Assembly (NCBI RefSeq): GCF_006345805.1
Contig: NC_043001.1
Span: 26,226,001 to 26,290,000 of the forward strand
From: Octopus sinensis
Taxonomy: Eukaryota
Reading direction: 5' to 3'
Length of the DNA: 64,000 nt
In this document: one piece after another, positions 1-11,376 of the stretch
How the letters are laid out: every line of letters begins with the position of its first letter
Position numbering within the stretch: position 1 is the first letter of the stretch
Translations under genes and position numbers: made by a program
Notes under the pieces: generated by a model
Database searches by the model: none
Seen by the model: the letters and a program-made list of their open reading frames with translations, nothing else
Told to the model about the DNA's origin: nothing

Positions 1-74
1 ACATTTTGCCACAGCAGTCGTAAACGGGATATCAGTGTATGTACAACATAAGATTCTTTTGGATATAAAACACC
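1..74 (-). CDS. Exon 18 (runs off window): GVLYPKESYVVHTLISRLRLLWQN
   Basis: long T tract + ttttag|GGT acceptor, phase 0, open to base 1. Confidence 0.88.
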
Positions 75-549
75 CTAAAAAAAGGAATAAAAAAAAATTA
101 AAACATGGTCATGACTTACCAACATTTTCTATGAAGAAAAATTATTGTAACACACCTCTCTCACTCATGCCTTCAATTATAATGCATTCATACTTGGAAG
201 GTTTTTAACATATGCATACAAATATAAAGGTAGAAACATAAATTAAAATATTTTTCAAAGTATCATATAAAGTAAAAATTCAGCATAAAGAGAGATCAAC
301 TAGAAGATTGTTTTTTTACAGTTATGAAATACAATGCAAATCTCCAAAAGTGAATAAATAGATAAATAAAGTCTTTGGAGATTATATTCAAATGATAGTG
401 ATAGAGAAGAATCAAATGGAAAAGTAGCATGGTTTACTTCAGAGTTATGTAGGAGATTTGGAATTAAATGTAGGACTGTACACAATCAGTCTTGAAGATG
501 CCCAAAAAGGCCTGGAAAATGAATTTTATATTATTATTGCATTGAAATT

Positions 550-880
550 TGCTTTTCTTTGACAATAAGGGCAAGATATGTCTGCAAAGGAGCATCTTTC
601 CAGAAAATTCAACTCCACCTTTTCTCACCTACATGGCACAAATTCCTCAAATCATCTTCGTTTACCCAAACCCATTGCACTATTTCACTCATTATACATC
701 ATCCATTTACATCAGCACAATCATATTTCTTAGATGTATTTGGCTGATGCTTTTTATACTCATGGATTTCCCCAGCATACTGCCATTCATTCTATCCCTC
801 AGGTTCCTGTTACACATCTAGATATTATTGAACCTATTTCTGTTCTAGTTACTGTTGATCCCATCTCTTCATGGCCTTTA
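550..880 (-). mobile_element. Very decayed RTE-type LINE 3' fragment
   Basis: minus strand reads MCNRNLRDRMNGSMLGKSMSIKSISQIHLRN, resembling the RTE C-terminal MCGxxLRDR...SI region; many stops. Confidence 0.35.
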
Positions 881-933
881 TTAGCAAAGTATGAACAGTT
901 TCACAAAAAATAGAAATAACAAGTAATATTTAC

Positions 934-1023
934 ATCAACTTGACTGAGTTCCAAGTCTGGCTTGAATGGATGAACACAAAACAAAGCTCGAAAACTAATG
1001 GGACTAAATAAAGGGATTACAAC
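934..1023 (-). CDS. Exon 17: VVIPLFSPISFRALFCVHPFKPDLELSQVD
   Basis: ttttttcag|GTT, GAT|gtaaat, 90 nt, phase 0-0. Confidence 0.9.
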
Positions 1024-1107
1024 CTGAAAAAAACAAAAAGATTAATAGAAAACAAACAAAAAAAGAAACATTTTTTGTGTGTGTCTTACAATATTCTCAA
1101 AGGTGAA

Positions 1108-1236
1108 CGGTAAGTAACTTGCTTACCAACCACATGGTTGGGCAAGTGTCTTCTACTATAGCCTCGGGCTGACCAAAGGTTTGTGAGTGGATTTGGTAAA
1201 CGGAAACTGAAAGAAGCCCGTCGTATATATGTATAT

Positions 1237-1315
<79 letters not shown>

Positions 1316-1712
1316 TATACATATATACGACGGGCTTCTTTCAGTTTCCGTTTACCAAATCCACTCACAAACCTTTGGTCGGCCCGAAGCTATAGTAGAA
1401 GACACTTGCCCAAGGTGCCACGCAGTGGGACTGAACTCGGAACCATACATATATATATGTATGTATGTATGTGTGTGTGTGTGTGGTGGTGTGTGTGTGT
1501 GTTTGTGTGTTTGTGATTGTCCCCCTAGCATTGCTTGACAACCGATGCTGGTGTGTTTACGTCGCCGTCACTTAGCGGTTCGGCAAAAGAGACCAATAGA
1601 ATAAGTACTGGGCTTACAAAGAATAAGTCCTGGGGTCGATTTGTTCGACTAAAGGCGGTGCTCCAGCATGGCCACAGTCAAATGACTGAAACAAGTAAAA
1701 GAGTAAAAGAGA
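1108..1712 (+). mobile_element. Octopus-type tRNA-derived SINE (family A) with internal inverted duplication around (TA)n
   Basis: head ggtaagtaacttgcttaccaaccacatgg, (TA)n 1228-1328, inverted head copy to about 1446, then body ending gactgaaacaagtaaaagagtaaaaga. Confidence 0.85.
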
Positions 1713-1887
1713 GACTGTTTGATCATTTTATGAAATGGAGGAGAGGTTTAGAGAGAAGAGTGATAGTGAAACTGTAATTCTAATATCTCAAGTAGTAATA
1801 ATAGGAGCAATAAGAAGAATGAGAAGCAGACATAAGAATAATATAATTAGAAATGGAATAGCTCAAATCTGGATAATTCACAGTAAG

Positions 1888-2105
1888 CAGGAGTGGCTGC
1901 GTGGTAAGTAGCTTGCTTACCAACAACATAGTTCTGGGTTTAGTCCCACTGCGTGGCACCTTGGGCAAGTGTCTTCTACTATAGCCTTGGGCCGACCAAA
2001 GCCTTGTGAGTGGATTTGGTAGACGGAGACTGAAAGAAGCCCATCGTATATATATGTGTGTGTGTGTGTGTGTGTGCATATATATATATGTGTGTGTGTG
2101 TGTGC

Positions 2106-2173
<68 letters not shown>

Positions 2174-2378
2174 TTGTGTGTCTGTGTTTGTCCCCCAACA
2201 TCGCTTGACAACCGATGCTGGTGTGTTTAGGTCCCCGTATCTTAGCGGCTTAGCAAAAGAGACTGATAGAATAAGTACTAGGCTTACAAAGAATAAGTCC
2301 TGGGGTCAATTTCTTCGACTAAAAGGCGGAGCTCCAGTATGGCCACAGCCAAATGACTGAAACAAGTAAAAGAGTAAA
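1888..2378 (+). mobile_element. Family A SINE, full length, with internal (TG)n microsatellite
   Basis: gcaggagtggctgcgtggtaag head to aaacaagtaaaagagtaaa tail; same sequence recurs many times in the window. Confidence 0.9.
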
Positions 2379-2424
2379 GCAAAGAAAAACTGGGGATGTT
2401 CAGAACAGCAGTTACCAGTATCTT

Positions 2425-2625
2425 TTATCTTTTACTTGTGTCAGTCATTTGACTGTGGCCATACTGGGGCACCACCTTGAAGGGTTTTAGTCAAACAAAT
2501 CAACTCCAGGACTATCGTTTTTTTAACCCTAAAACTTATTCTATCTGCCACATTTTGCCAAACTGCTGTTATGGGGATGTAAACACACCAACACCGATTA
2601 TCAAACAATTGCAGGGGACAAACAA
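2425..2625 (-). mobile_element. Family A SINE 3' body, partial
   Basis: ttttacttgtgtcagtcatttgactgtggcc is the reverse complement of the family A tail. Confidence 0.75.
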
Positions 2626-2744
2626 ACAACAAGAAAGTTGAGGATAACTAATAGTAATGTTGCATGAGTACAACATTAAATATTTCCTATGAGAATGTAA
2701 TAGTTGAAAAGGTTTGTTAGGAAATATATGTTGAACATGTTTAA

Positions 2745-3277
2745 CCCTTTAGCAGTCATGTTATTCTGTCAACGAAAATGCTTATTTATTTACATTGTTT
2801 AGAATTAATTAGAGGCACAATGGCCTAGTGGTTAGGGCAGTGGACTCGCGGTTGGAGGATCATAGTTTCAATTCCCAGACCGGGCGTTGTGTGTGTGTTT
2901 ATTGAGTGAAAACACCTAAAGCTCCACGAGGCTCCAGCAGGGGGTGGTGGCAACCCCTGTTGTACTCTTTCACCCCAACTTTCTCTCACTCTTTCTTCCT
3001 GTTTCTTGAGTAATGTTGCAATGGACTGGGGGGGAACACATAGGCCACAGAAACCGGGAAACTGGGCCCATGAGCCTGGCTAGTCTTGAAAAGGGCGCAT
3101 AAATAAATAATAAGAATTAATTGTGCACTATCTTGTAACTTTGTAACTTCAATGATGTAATTGTTCATTTTTCGAATGACATTGTAGGGTATGTGTAAGA
3201 GGCTGGATCTGGCCAGTTTGAACCTAAAACAGGTAAAATATTTTGGCCTGATATGGCCAGTTTAAATGCTAAAAGGA
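2745..3277. mobile_element. piggyBac-type MITE (ttaa-ccctttagca... terminus) interrupted by a SINE
   Basis: TTAA at 2741-2744; halves 2745-2810 and 3113-3277 match the intact copy at 26327-26550. Confidence 0.7.
2811..3112 (+). mobile_element. tRNA-head SINE (family F variant) with 10-bp TSD
   Basis: ggcacaatggcctagtggttaggg head; TSD agaattaatt at 2801-2810 and 3113-3122; (AAAT)n-like tail. Confidence 0.85.
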
Positions 3278-3561
3278 TCAAACGTTATACACTAAATTAC
3301 CGTTATTATTATACAAACAAATATATTTGTGAAATTAGTGTGGTACCTGAAGAAAGTTTCAAACTTTTTTTAATATTATCAGCAGATAAAATTATTTATT
3401 TTGTTCATAGAATGCTTAGCAAACAGTTTCAGAATAATTTCAGTTTTTGAAATGAATCTAGCAACAAAGCAGAATTTTATGAAGAAAAAGATCTAAGAGA
3501 GATAACTCTTTACATTAGATTTAATTATTAAGGCTATTTTTAGAATCTTGTGAAAAGGGAT

Positions 3562-3745
3562 ATACTCTTTTACTTGTTTCAGTCATTTGACTGTGGCCAT
3601 GCTGGAGCACCGCCTTTATTCTTTGTAAGCCTAGTACTATCGGTGTCTTCTGCTGAACCGCTAGGTTACGGGGGATGTAAACACACCAGCATCGGTTGTC
3701 AAGCAATGTTGTGGGGACAAACACACAAACATAAACACACATACA

Positions 3746-3812
<67 letters not shown>

Positions 3813-3832
3813 CGATGGGCTTCTTTCAGTTT
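3562..3832 (-). mobile_element. Family A SINE, 5'-truncated, with (TA)n
   Basis: reverse complement of family A body plus (TA)n 3745-3812. Confidence 0.8.
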
Positions 3833-3898
3833 CTTGGACATTTCAGTTTCTTAGACATTTGCTAAGGAGCTATGCAGTGGGACAGAGATTAAGACCAT

Positions 3899-4380
3899 TA
3901 CCATCATCATCATCATCGTTTAACGTCCGTTTTCCATGCTAGCATGGAGTTGGACGGTTTGACTGGGGTCTGGGAAGCCAGGAGGCTGCACCAGGCTCCA
4001 GTTTGATCTGGCATTGTTTCTACAGCTGGATGCTCTTCCTAATGCCAACCACTCTGTGAGTGTAGTGGGTGCGTTTTACGTGCCACCAGCACAGGGGTCA
4101 ACAGCCATGATTGGTTGGTGCTTTTTACATGCCACCAGCACAGAAGCCAGTCAAGGTGGCGCTGGTATCGGCCACGTTTGGATAGTGCTTTTTACGTGCC
4201 ACCGGCATGGGTATCACAACTAAAATTTCCATTCGATTTTAATTTTGATGTTGATGTACTTGACTCAATAGGTCTCCTCAAGCACAGCAGGTCGCCCTAC
4301 GATCCAAGGTATTTTGGATGGGCTGGGGCTGCTATATGAAGCTGGTGCAGGTAATAGCCATGAACTCACGTTATGTAGCT
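3899..4380 (-). mobile_element. Family C retroposon (RTE-like (GAT)n tail, internal ~50-nt repeats)
   Basis: catcatcatcgtttaacgtccgttttccatgctagcatgg motif shared with copies at 10043, 31935, 32650, 48838. Confidence 0.8.
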
Positions 4381-4589
4381 GGGAAACAAATTTTCTACCA
4401 CAAAACCAAGCTTGTCCCTTAATTCGCTATTAAAAACCAATTTGAATTAAATGAAATCACTGATGACAAAAACACAGAATATGTTCTTTTGAAATAGACA
4501 AAACACTAAAATAATATAAAAGAAACAAATGTCCCTATATTATATATTGTTTCTTAATAAAAAAAAAAATATATATATTTAGAAATTAC

Positions 4590-4715
4590 CAAGAAAAAAA
4601 ACATAGAGTTCCACATCCAGGCCCATGTCCTGTGTACATAATTCCACCACCTCCACATAGGATAGCGAGTGCTGGTCTTCCGGCGCATATATTTGTCAAC
4701 TGTGTATGTATCAAT
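4590..4715 (-). CDS. Exon 16: IDTYTVDKYMRRKTSTRYPMWRWWNYVHRTWAWMWNSMFFFL
   Basis: ttttacag|ATT, TTG|gtaatt, 126 nt, phase 0-0; within ORF-track 4554..4751. Confidence 0.92.
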
Positions 4716-4842
4716 CTGTAAAACATGGAAATGAAAATCTATGAAGAACATATTCAGTTACGGTAAATATTTATAAGTAATTATTGATTATCATTTTAAA
4801 GAAACACAGCTCTGGAAACGTCATACTGGTATAGTCAGTATA

Positions 4843-5227
4843 ATCTATATATATAAAGCTGAAGTTGTCTGTGTGTGTGTCAGGTTTGGTAGCCTTCAAC
4901 TAACACTATCTCCTCTGAGACCCTGCGGCGCAAGTTGACCAAAATTGAGAGTATGATAGAAGAAGGCTTGCTCTTCATTCTGTAGAAGATAAAATTCACA
5001 TCGGACCATGTTAATACCAAAAATTATTTACATCAAAAAGGTGCTTTTTTCCTATGAAAATCCCTATTTTTTATGATTTTTTTACTACTGTGTCGCCATT
5101 TTTCGGTGTATTTCAACCAGAAAAATGTTCACTTAAAGAGCTACATAATGCAAAATTTTTACTTTTCAAAAATTCCAATTCTAAAGGGTCGAAACAAACC
5201 CAAGCAACGCCAGGTGATACTGCTAGT
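4843..5227 (+). mobile_element. Helentron-associated non-autonomous element (HINE-like)
   Basis: starts atctatatatataaagctg...gtctgt(gt)n, ends gcaacgccaggtgatactgctagt, the usual HINE terminus pattern. Confidence 0.6.
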
Positions 5228-6084
5228 TGTATTATATATTGCTTTGTTTCTCTCTCTTATGGTCCAGGAATTGTGTTCATATATTCAATTATGGTTATTT
5301 TTAAAAAAATAGTATCTAATAGGTATAGAAATAGTGATGATAAGTAGGGAAGGTTTAATAACTAAGATGGTGGCCATAACACCCTGTTTTTGAAGACTTA
5401 CAAACATATTCCAATCACTGGCCCATTGTCAGCATGTCCCTTTTATGACTAATAGATAGGCTACCATCTTATAACCATAAAATAGCATTGCTGTGGTCAG
5501 GGGCAGTTAACTCTTAAATAGCTGACCGCATAAAAATGAAATACTGTAAGACATGGGAAACCTTTCACTATAAGTAGTAACAACACTGGTGAATGAATAC
5601 TAAGACTCAGTTTTCATTTACAGATGAAATAATTTCACTTATAATTTCACAATTTCACATTTCCCCTCTCCTACAGATGTGAATCATTTTGACTATGAAA
5701 TAACCCATCCTCTGTCAAATCACTTAATTAAAAAAATCTGTAAATCTGTAGAGATATCCTTAACATACAATAGAACACGGTATTGACTTATAAAAGCATT
5801 TAATATACTTTGCAGTATATTATGGCTGCATAACAAAATACAATGTCCCTACAGGTCATTATCCTCTGTTAAATGACAACAATTTGGGTCCAGTCTATTT
5901 AACCACAATCAGACCTTTGAAATATAAATATGTTTTCTCCAGAAACATAAAGAAATTTCTTTTTGCTTAAGCTTCTAAATTTAATGTTTATATTATTTTT
6001 TGAATAATGGTTTGAAATTGATATTTACCATATCTTGCATGGCATTATATGTATAAACATACAAATTGTTCAAATCTGAAATCA

Positions 6085-6605
6085 CCGTAAATCCTCAAGT
6101 ATAGTCCGCCCTTGAGTATAATATGCAGGAGAATTTTAGGAGGCTGTGCATCTGAAAAACCTAAACCTTGTGTATAATACGCACCTCTTCTCTAACTTGA
6201 GTTGTGCGTAATTAAGCCAGCAGCAACTAGTCAAACAAACACTTCCGCGCATGCGTAATACAATAATGGTGATGTTCTTAACTGTTATATGGGAATGTAA
6301 ATATGTTTGCAAATTGTTTTTGTTACATGTTATTCTGTGTTCTGAATACTTTTATTTTAATAAATGTTGCTTACTGCAAGTTGTGGATGATTCTTTTATG
6401 ACTTCATTACTTTCAGGCTTAGCTTAAGGTATTTTTACGCCCGACATCACAAAATGTGTTTGAATAAACATTGCCAGACAGTAAATAGAGACTCAGACAT
6501 TGCTTAGAAAATATTTTTCATTTTTAACCTCGTATATAGTACACACTAGGGATTTTGAACTTTAAATTTGGGGAAAAAATGTGGATTATACTCAAGGATT
6601 TACGG
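6085..6605. mobile_element. Tc2/pogo-type MITE
   Basis: TIRs ccgtaaatcctcaagtatagtcc / ggattatactcaaggatttacgg followed by TA; inverted second copy at 38505. Confidence 0.8.
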
Positions 6606-6627
6606 TATCAATTTAGATATCTTTTAC

Positions 6628-6813
6628 CTCTTTTTTGCCAGCTGGTCCAGTTGAAAGCACCCTGTTCATAATGATAGTTGGCACGACTTCTGTATCTCCT
6701 CTGAACTGTCTTACAACAAGCCAGTGTTGAGGGAACCAAATCTTGGTTGCAAATGTGAAAACCCTTGTTGGTACTTTAACCTTGCCAAGTTCCTTGCGTA
6801 GAATTGGTTCTCT
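6628..6813 (-). CDS. Exon 15: REPILRKELGKVKVPTRVFTFATKIWFPQHWLVVRQFRGDTEVVPTIIMNRVLSTGPAGKKE
   Basis: ttttcag|AGA, GAG|gtaaaa, 186 nt, phase 0-0; within ORF-track 6613..6843. Confidence 0.92.
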
Positions 6814-7049
6814 CTGAAAAAATTGAATTGTATTTAGGTTCATGTCTACTTTTACATTTTTACATATTCAAAAATACTCTTAAAGATTTATAACAGATAG
6901 GAGTCAAAAATTTAAATCCCTCAATCTCTCTTACATGTACATATACATGTGCGCACACACACACACACACACGTGCACAGATGAAGTTAGCTAACTATTC
7001 AAATAAAAAGATAATAATGGTTAACACAACTTATTTGGGAGAAAATTAT

Positions 7050-7140
7050 TTTAGATGCGATGCTGTTCAGGTTTGTACCAGGATGGAGGACCACTGATGC
7101 TCTCTTCCTAGTGAAACATCTACGAAAAAATGTTGGTAAG
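7050..7140 (+). mobile_element. RTE RT fragment (GFVPGRSTTDAIFLV-like)
   Basis: reads RFVPGWRTTDALFLVKHLRK, a decayed RTE RT motif. Confidence 0.55.
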
Positions 7141-7309
7141 AACTCATGTTATGAAAGTAAGAGTAAGTAAAGGCATTGCTGTTTCTTTTTTGAAATATAA
7201 TGTGAGCACAATAAAATATCCCAGATTTATGAAAACCACTACAGCTTGTTTAAGAATAAGCAGAAGTCAAAAAAACAGAAAGATAAGTAAAGAGAAGGTG
7301 AAGTAACTC

Positions 7310-7632
7310 AAAATCTCTCGTGGAGGCGCCATCCAACTAAAATGCAAATATATGGGAAATTACCACCTGTGTCATCTCTTGTGAAGGGTAGGAGAGTCCA
7401 GTTTGCTGGACATTGTTGTAGAGCTGAAAAAGAAGTAATTTCTACTCTTCTCCTCTGGAAGCCATCTACTCGCAACACCAGAGGGCGCACACTCTCCTAC
7501 CCTGATGTAATCTCCAGGGATACAGGCATCCAGCAACAGGACCTCCGTAATGCTATGATGGACCGTGAAGTCTGGCGCAACATGGTAAATTCCATTGTCT
7601 CGACCACGGTCGAACAATGATGATGATGATGA
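7310..7632 (+). mobile_element. RTE-clade LINE 3' end with (TGA)n tail
   Basis: ORF 7342-7620 RRVQFAGHCCRAEKE...MMDREVWR followed by (tga)n. Confidence 0.85.
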
Positions 7633-8133
7633 ACTCTTTGAATGAATGTAAGCAATAAAATCATCTTATTTTTAATTGTCTTTATAAAACGAATGTAATA
7701 ATGATAGCTAAGCTACTGTTAATAACAGGATCTATTATTTTGCTAATGCTATCACTCAATAGGCTATTTTTCTACACAGGCAGAGACATGGCTGTGTTGT
7801 TAAGAAGCTTGCAACCATGTGGTTCCAGATTCAGTCTCACTGCACACACTTTGGGGTAAGGGTCTAATAACTGAAGTTAACTAATAATTTATGAGTGTAA
7901 TTTGACAAGTGGAAACTGTGAGGAAACCTGTTGTGTGCATGTGAATGTATGTATATATATATATGTGTGTGTGTATGTGTGTGTTTGTCTGTGACTGGGT
8001 TTATGCTTACACTGGTATAAAAATTGGTGTTGTTTATATTGTGTTCTTTACATCCTGAAACTTAAAACTATGACAAATAGACATTGTTGAAATGAATACC
8101 AGAACTGAAATAAGCACTGGATTCAGTATGAAT

Positions 8134-8530
8134 AGGTGCAGGGGTGACTGTGTGGTAAGTAGCTTGTTTACCAACCACATGGTTCCAGGTTCAGTTCCAC
8201 TGCGTGGCACCTTGGGCAAGCATCTTCTACTATAGCCTCAGGCCGACCAAAGCCTTGTGAGTGGATTTGGTAGACGGAAACTGAAAGAAGCCCGTTGTAT
8301 ATATGTATATATATGTATGTGTATGTGTGTGTGTTTGTGTGTCTGTGTTTGTCTCCCTAGCATTGTTTGACAACCAATGCTGGTGTGTTTATGTCCCCGT
8401 CACTTAGCGGTTTGGCAAAAGAGACCAATAGAATAAGTACTGGGCTTACAAAGAATAAGTCCCAGGGTCGAGTTGCTCGATTAAGGGAAGCAGTCAAATG
8501 ACTGAAACAAGTAAAAGAGAGTAAAGAGAG
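8134..8530 (+). mobile_element. Family A SINE, near full length
   Basis: ggtgcaggggtgactgtgtggtaagtagc head through gtaaaagagagtaaa tail. Confidence 0.88.
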
Positions 8531-8919
8531 TATGAAAGCTCAAACCCTTGAAGCGGGTGAGAGTGCAGCATGGTCACATTTCAATGACTGAAACCAGTAA
8601 AAGAATAAAAGAAAGTATAATTACATAGATATAATTTCCATTAGTCTATAGCGTTATTTAACGTCAATCAAGACTTTATTTATCCTACACATGTGTAACA
8701 GAGTCTATGTTCAACTCTTCTTCATTAGATGCAGTCATTTAAGGGGGATTAGCCCTATTAACTTTAAGAAAATGGCTCACCCCCAAGGCATTCTGTTACT
8801 AGTGTCATACATTGAAGTGTGGCCTGACAAGTACTTATAGTCATGTTAAGATTTTAATTCAGTTACCATCAACATAATTTCATCCATTTTTCCCTGGTTA
8901 CATGAGTTAGGTGTTTTCT

Positions 8920-9900
8920 CCAACATGTCATTATCACTAACATGTCCTTTTTGCGGTTTGACATTCTCAGCTCAACTTTCACCACTGCTTCTTGCATTTA
9001 CCTTTTTACCTGGCACCTTCCATTTGTCCAATTTAATATGTTTTATCCAACTGTCATTCTTCATACACATCACATGGCCCTACCACCACAGTTGTCTCTC
9101 CTGCACCCTACATCTGATATCTCTTACACCCAGTTTCTCTCTCATCTCATTTATGCTTCCTCCTTCATGTATATTTATTTACACGTCCAGTGGAACTTGC
9201 ACACAGTTTCATTCCTACCTTAGTACATCCACTACATTCAATGCCCACATTACACTTCAGCCACAAGAATCATACAATCTACCATCACTTTGAGAGAGAG
9301 AGGGAGAGAGAGAGAGAGAGAGTCTCTCTGTTGCCTACAGAGGTAACAACTTCCTGAATTCTTTCTATTCCTTTCTTGTTCTGGTAACTATATTTATAGA
9401 ATACCCACCTCCCTTATAGATTAGGCAATCCAGGCAACAGAATCTATCAACTACTTCCTGAGATATGTTTGGGGCATTTGAAAAACTCATCTCTTAGCTG
9501 TTCTTGCAGCTACCCAGTCTTGTATATCTATTACATAAGAGGCCCTTCTTCTTTGCCATTCACTTATGATTCCATAGTTTACGTTAGATACACAGTTTAG
9601 AAGCCCAGCCTATAACTTTTCAGTAATTCAATCATTGTCGCTTTCCACATGTCAACAGAGACTTGTATTTTTTCTTGCTGACTAAAACTTTTGTCATTTG
9701 CTAGATTTACTTTTAGACTTCTTTAGTTTAAGCTCAGTGGTCATGTTTGGAATTGTTTCTTTAATTCTTCAACTGTGAGAACAAAACCATCTGCACACAA
9801 GAGTTCTCATAGATAGCTAGTTTTGAACTCCTCTGCTATGGTGCAAGTCAATAAAGTATTCATCAATTAAACACTACTTTGATTGATTTAACTGATGGTA
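8920..9900 (-). mobile_element. Decayed RTE LINE (RT C-terminal ~1 kb), interrupted by (GA)n at 9290-9322
   Basis: minus strand shows EEFKT..ELLCADGFVL, VNLA..KVLVS, EVVDRFCCL and REKLGVRDIRCRVQERQLWW*GHV remnants. Confidence 0.75.
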
Positions 9901-10042
9901 TATGCTCATGTCTACCCATTTACATCAAGTTAGATTGAAACAGCTAGAGATCTCGGACATGTATTGTGAGGGGATAAGTATTCATCAACTTTTCTATCAG
10001 AAGGCTAATATCCTATTGACTCAACCAACTGCATCACACTTC

Positions 10043-10430
10043 ATCATCATCGTTTAACGTCCGCTTTCCATGCTAGCATGAGTTGGACGAATGACTGAGG
10101 GCTGGCGAACCAGATGGCCGCACCAGGCTCCAATCTTGATCTGGCAGAGTTTCTACAGCTGAATGCTCTTCCTAACGCCAACCACTCCAAAAGTGTAGTG
10201 GGTGCTTTTACGTGCCACCAGCATGGGGCCAGTCAGGTGGTACTAGCAATGACCTCGCTCGAATCTTTTACAGATGCCATCGGCACAGGTGCCAGTAAGG
10301 CAATGCTGGTAATGATCACGCTCGAATGGTGTCTTTTATGTGCCACCGGCATGGAGGCCAGATAGCCGCTCTGGCAACGATCACGCTTGGATGGTGCTCT
10401 TAATACCCTACTAGCACGGGACTTGAGTGC
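10043..10430 (-). mobile_element. Family C retroposon with internal tandem units
   Basis: catcatcatcgtttaacgtccgc start; nearly the same internal units as the 48838 copy. Confidence 0.8.
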
Positions 10431-10541
10431 CAAAAAAAATTACTTAATGTTTGATAAAAAGACTTCCTCTATGTTCTTTTTATCATATAAAAGAAAAGTA
10501 TATTGCTACTGATATTGTTTACAAAATTTCAAAATATTTAC

Positions 10542-10661
10542 CTCCTTGATAAAGTTGAGGTCCCTTCGCAGAAAGTAAACTGCTTGTTTCAGATCTTGTT
10601 CCTCACAAAGACTTACCGCAATATCATGGGCTGACCATAGATTTTGATTAATGAATTCTTC
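10542..10661 (-). CDS. Exon 14: EEFINQNLWSAHDIAVSLCEEQDLKQAVYFLRRDLNFIKE
   Basis: ttttttag|GAA, GAG|gtaaat, 120 nt, phase 0-0; contains an internal in-frame GTAAGT at 10616. Confidence 0.85.
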
Positions 10662-10794
10662 CTAAAAAATATAAAAGAAAACAGCTTTAATAAATCATTT
10701 AATTTGGTAAACGCCTAATAAATATAAATTAGACTTAAAGTTCTAAATGATAGTCTGAAGCACAACAAATTGAGGGAAAAATATAGTTTCTCAC

Positions 10795-10875
10795 TTCAAA
10801 ACGCTCCAATTGCTCATTTTTCCAGGCTGGGATTCGAGATTTCACTGGGTATTTAACTTTTAAATGTTCCATTAA
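10795..10875 (-). CDS. Exon 13: LMEHLKVKYPVKSRIPAWKNEQLERFE
   Basis: cctcttcag|TTA, GAA|gtgaga, 81 nt, phase 0-0. Confidence 0.87.
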
Positions 10876-10984
10876 CTGAAGAGGCAGAAAAGAAAAAAAA
10901 AAAAAATTAAATTAAAAATAATAGGTTAATAGTCAATCCTCATTTATTACAGGGGTTTGATTCCAAAATCACATACTAGTAAAT

Positions 10985-11095
10985 GATATCCAAGCACTTT
11001 GAAAATAGAATGAATGGTGGAGTCATTGAAACCAAACTTGCAGCCCACAACAGTGAAGCTTCCACTGTCAGGTATTTTCTTGACTATCTCTACCT
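10985..11095 (-). mobile_element. Possible pogo/Tigger HTH-psq fragment
   Basis: VEIVKKIPDSGSFTVVGCKFGFNDSTIHSIFK resembles the Tigger N-terminal HTH; short and isolated. Confidence 0.3.
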
Positions 11096-11376
11096 TTACA
11101 TGTTAAAAATACACTTGACTGCATCATTGGTTAGAATCAGATGCCTTTGCATCTTTCTTCTCACTGGTCCCATGTTGATGGGTACAAATATGTAAATGCA
11201 AATAATATATATGCAGCCTCACAGTTTGTTCATGTAAGCACAAGGAATCATCAGTGCATTCGGTGTAGTTCAGCATTATGGGTTGTCACTGGGGTGCATT
11301 CCTGTGGTACAAGTAGAATCTTAAACTGACCGCTAACTTGTTTTATCACAGATCAATCTACAATAAGTGTAACATG

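Noticed and set aside
120-128. 9-nt microexon-like tag|AAAATGTTG|gtaagt (minus)
   Set aside because: It would leave only a 45-nt intron to exon 18, and exons 17-18 already join in frame
300-512. Acceptor ttttccag at about 512 and ORF 300..485
   Set aside because: All three frames close soon after the acceptor and no donor is used
1086-2360. YIYI/HTHT/VCVC ORFs here and at 3521-3942, 33485-33837, 62749-63318
   Set aside because: Translations of dinucleotide microsatellites
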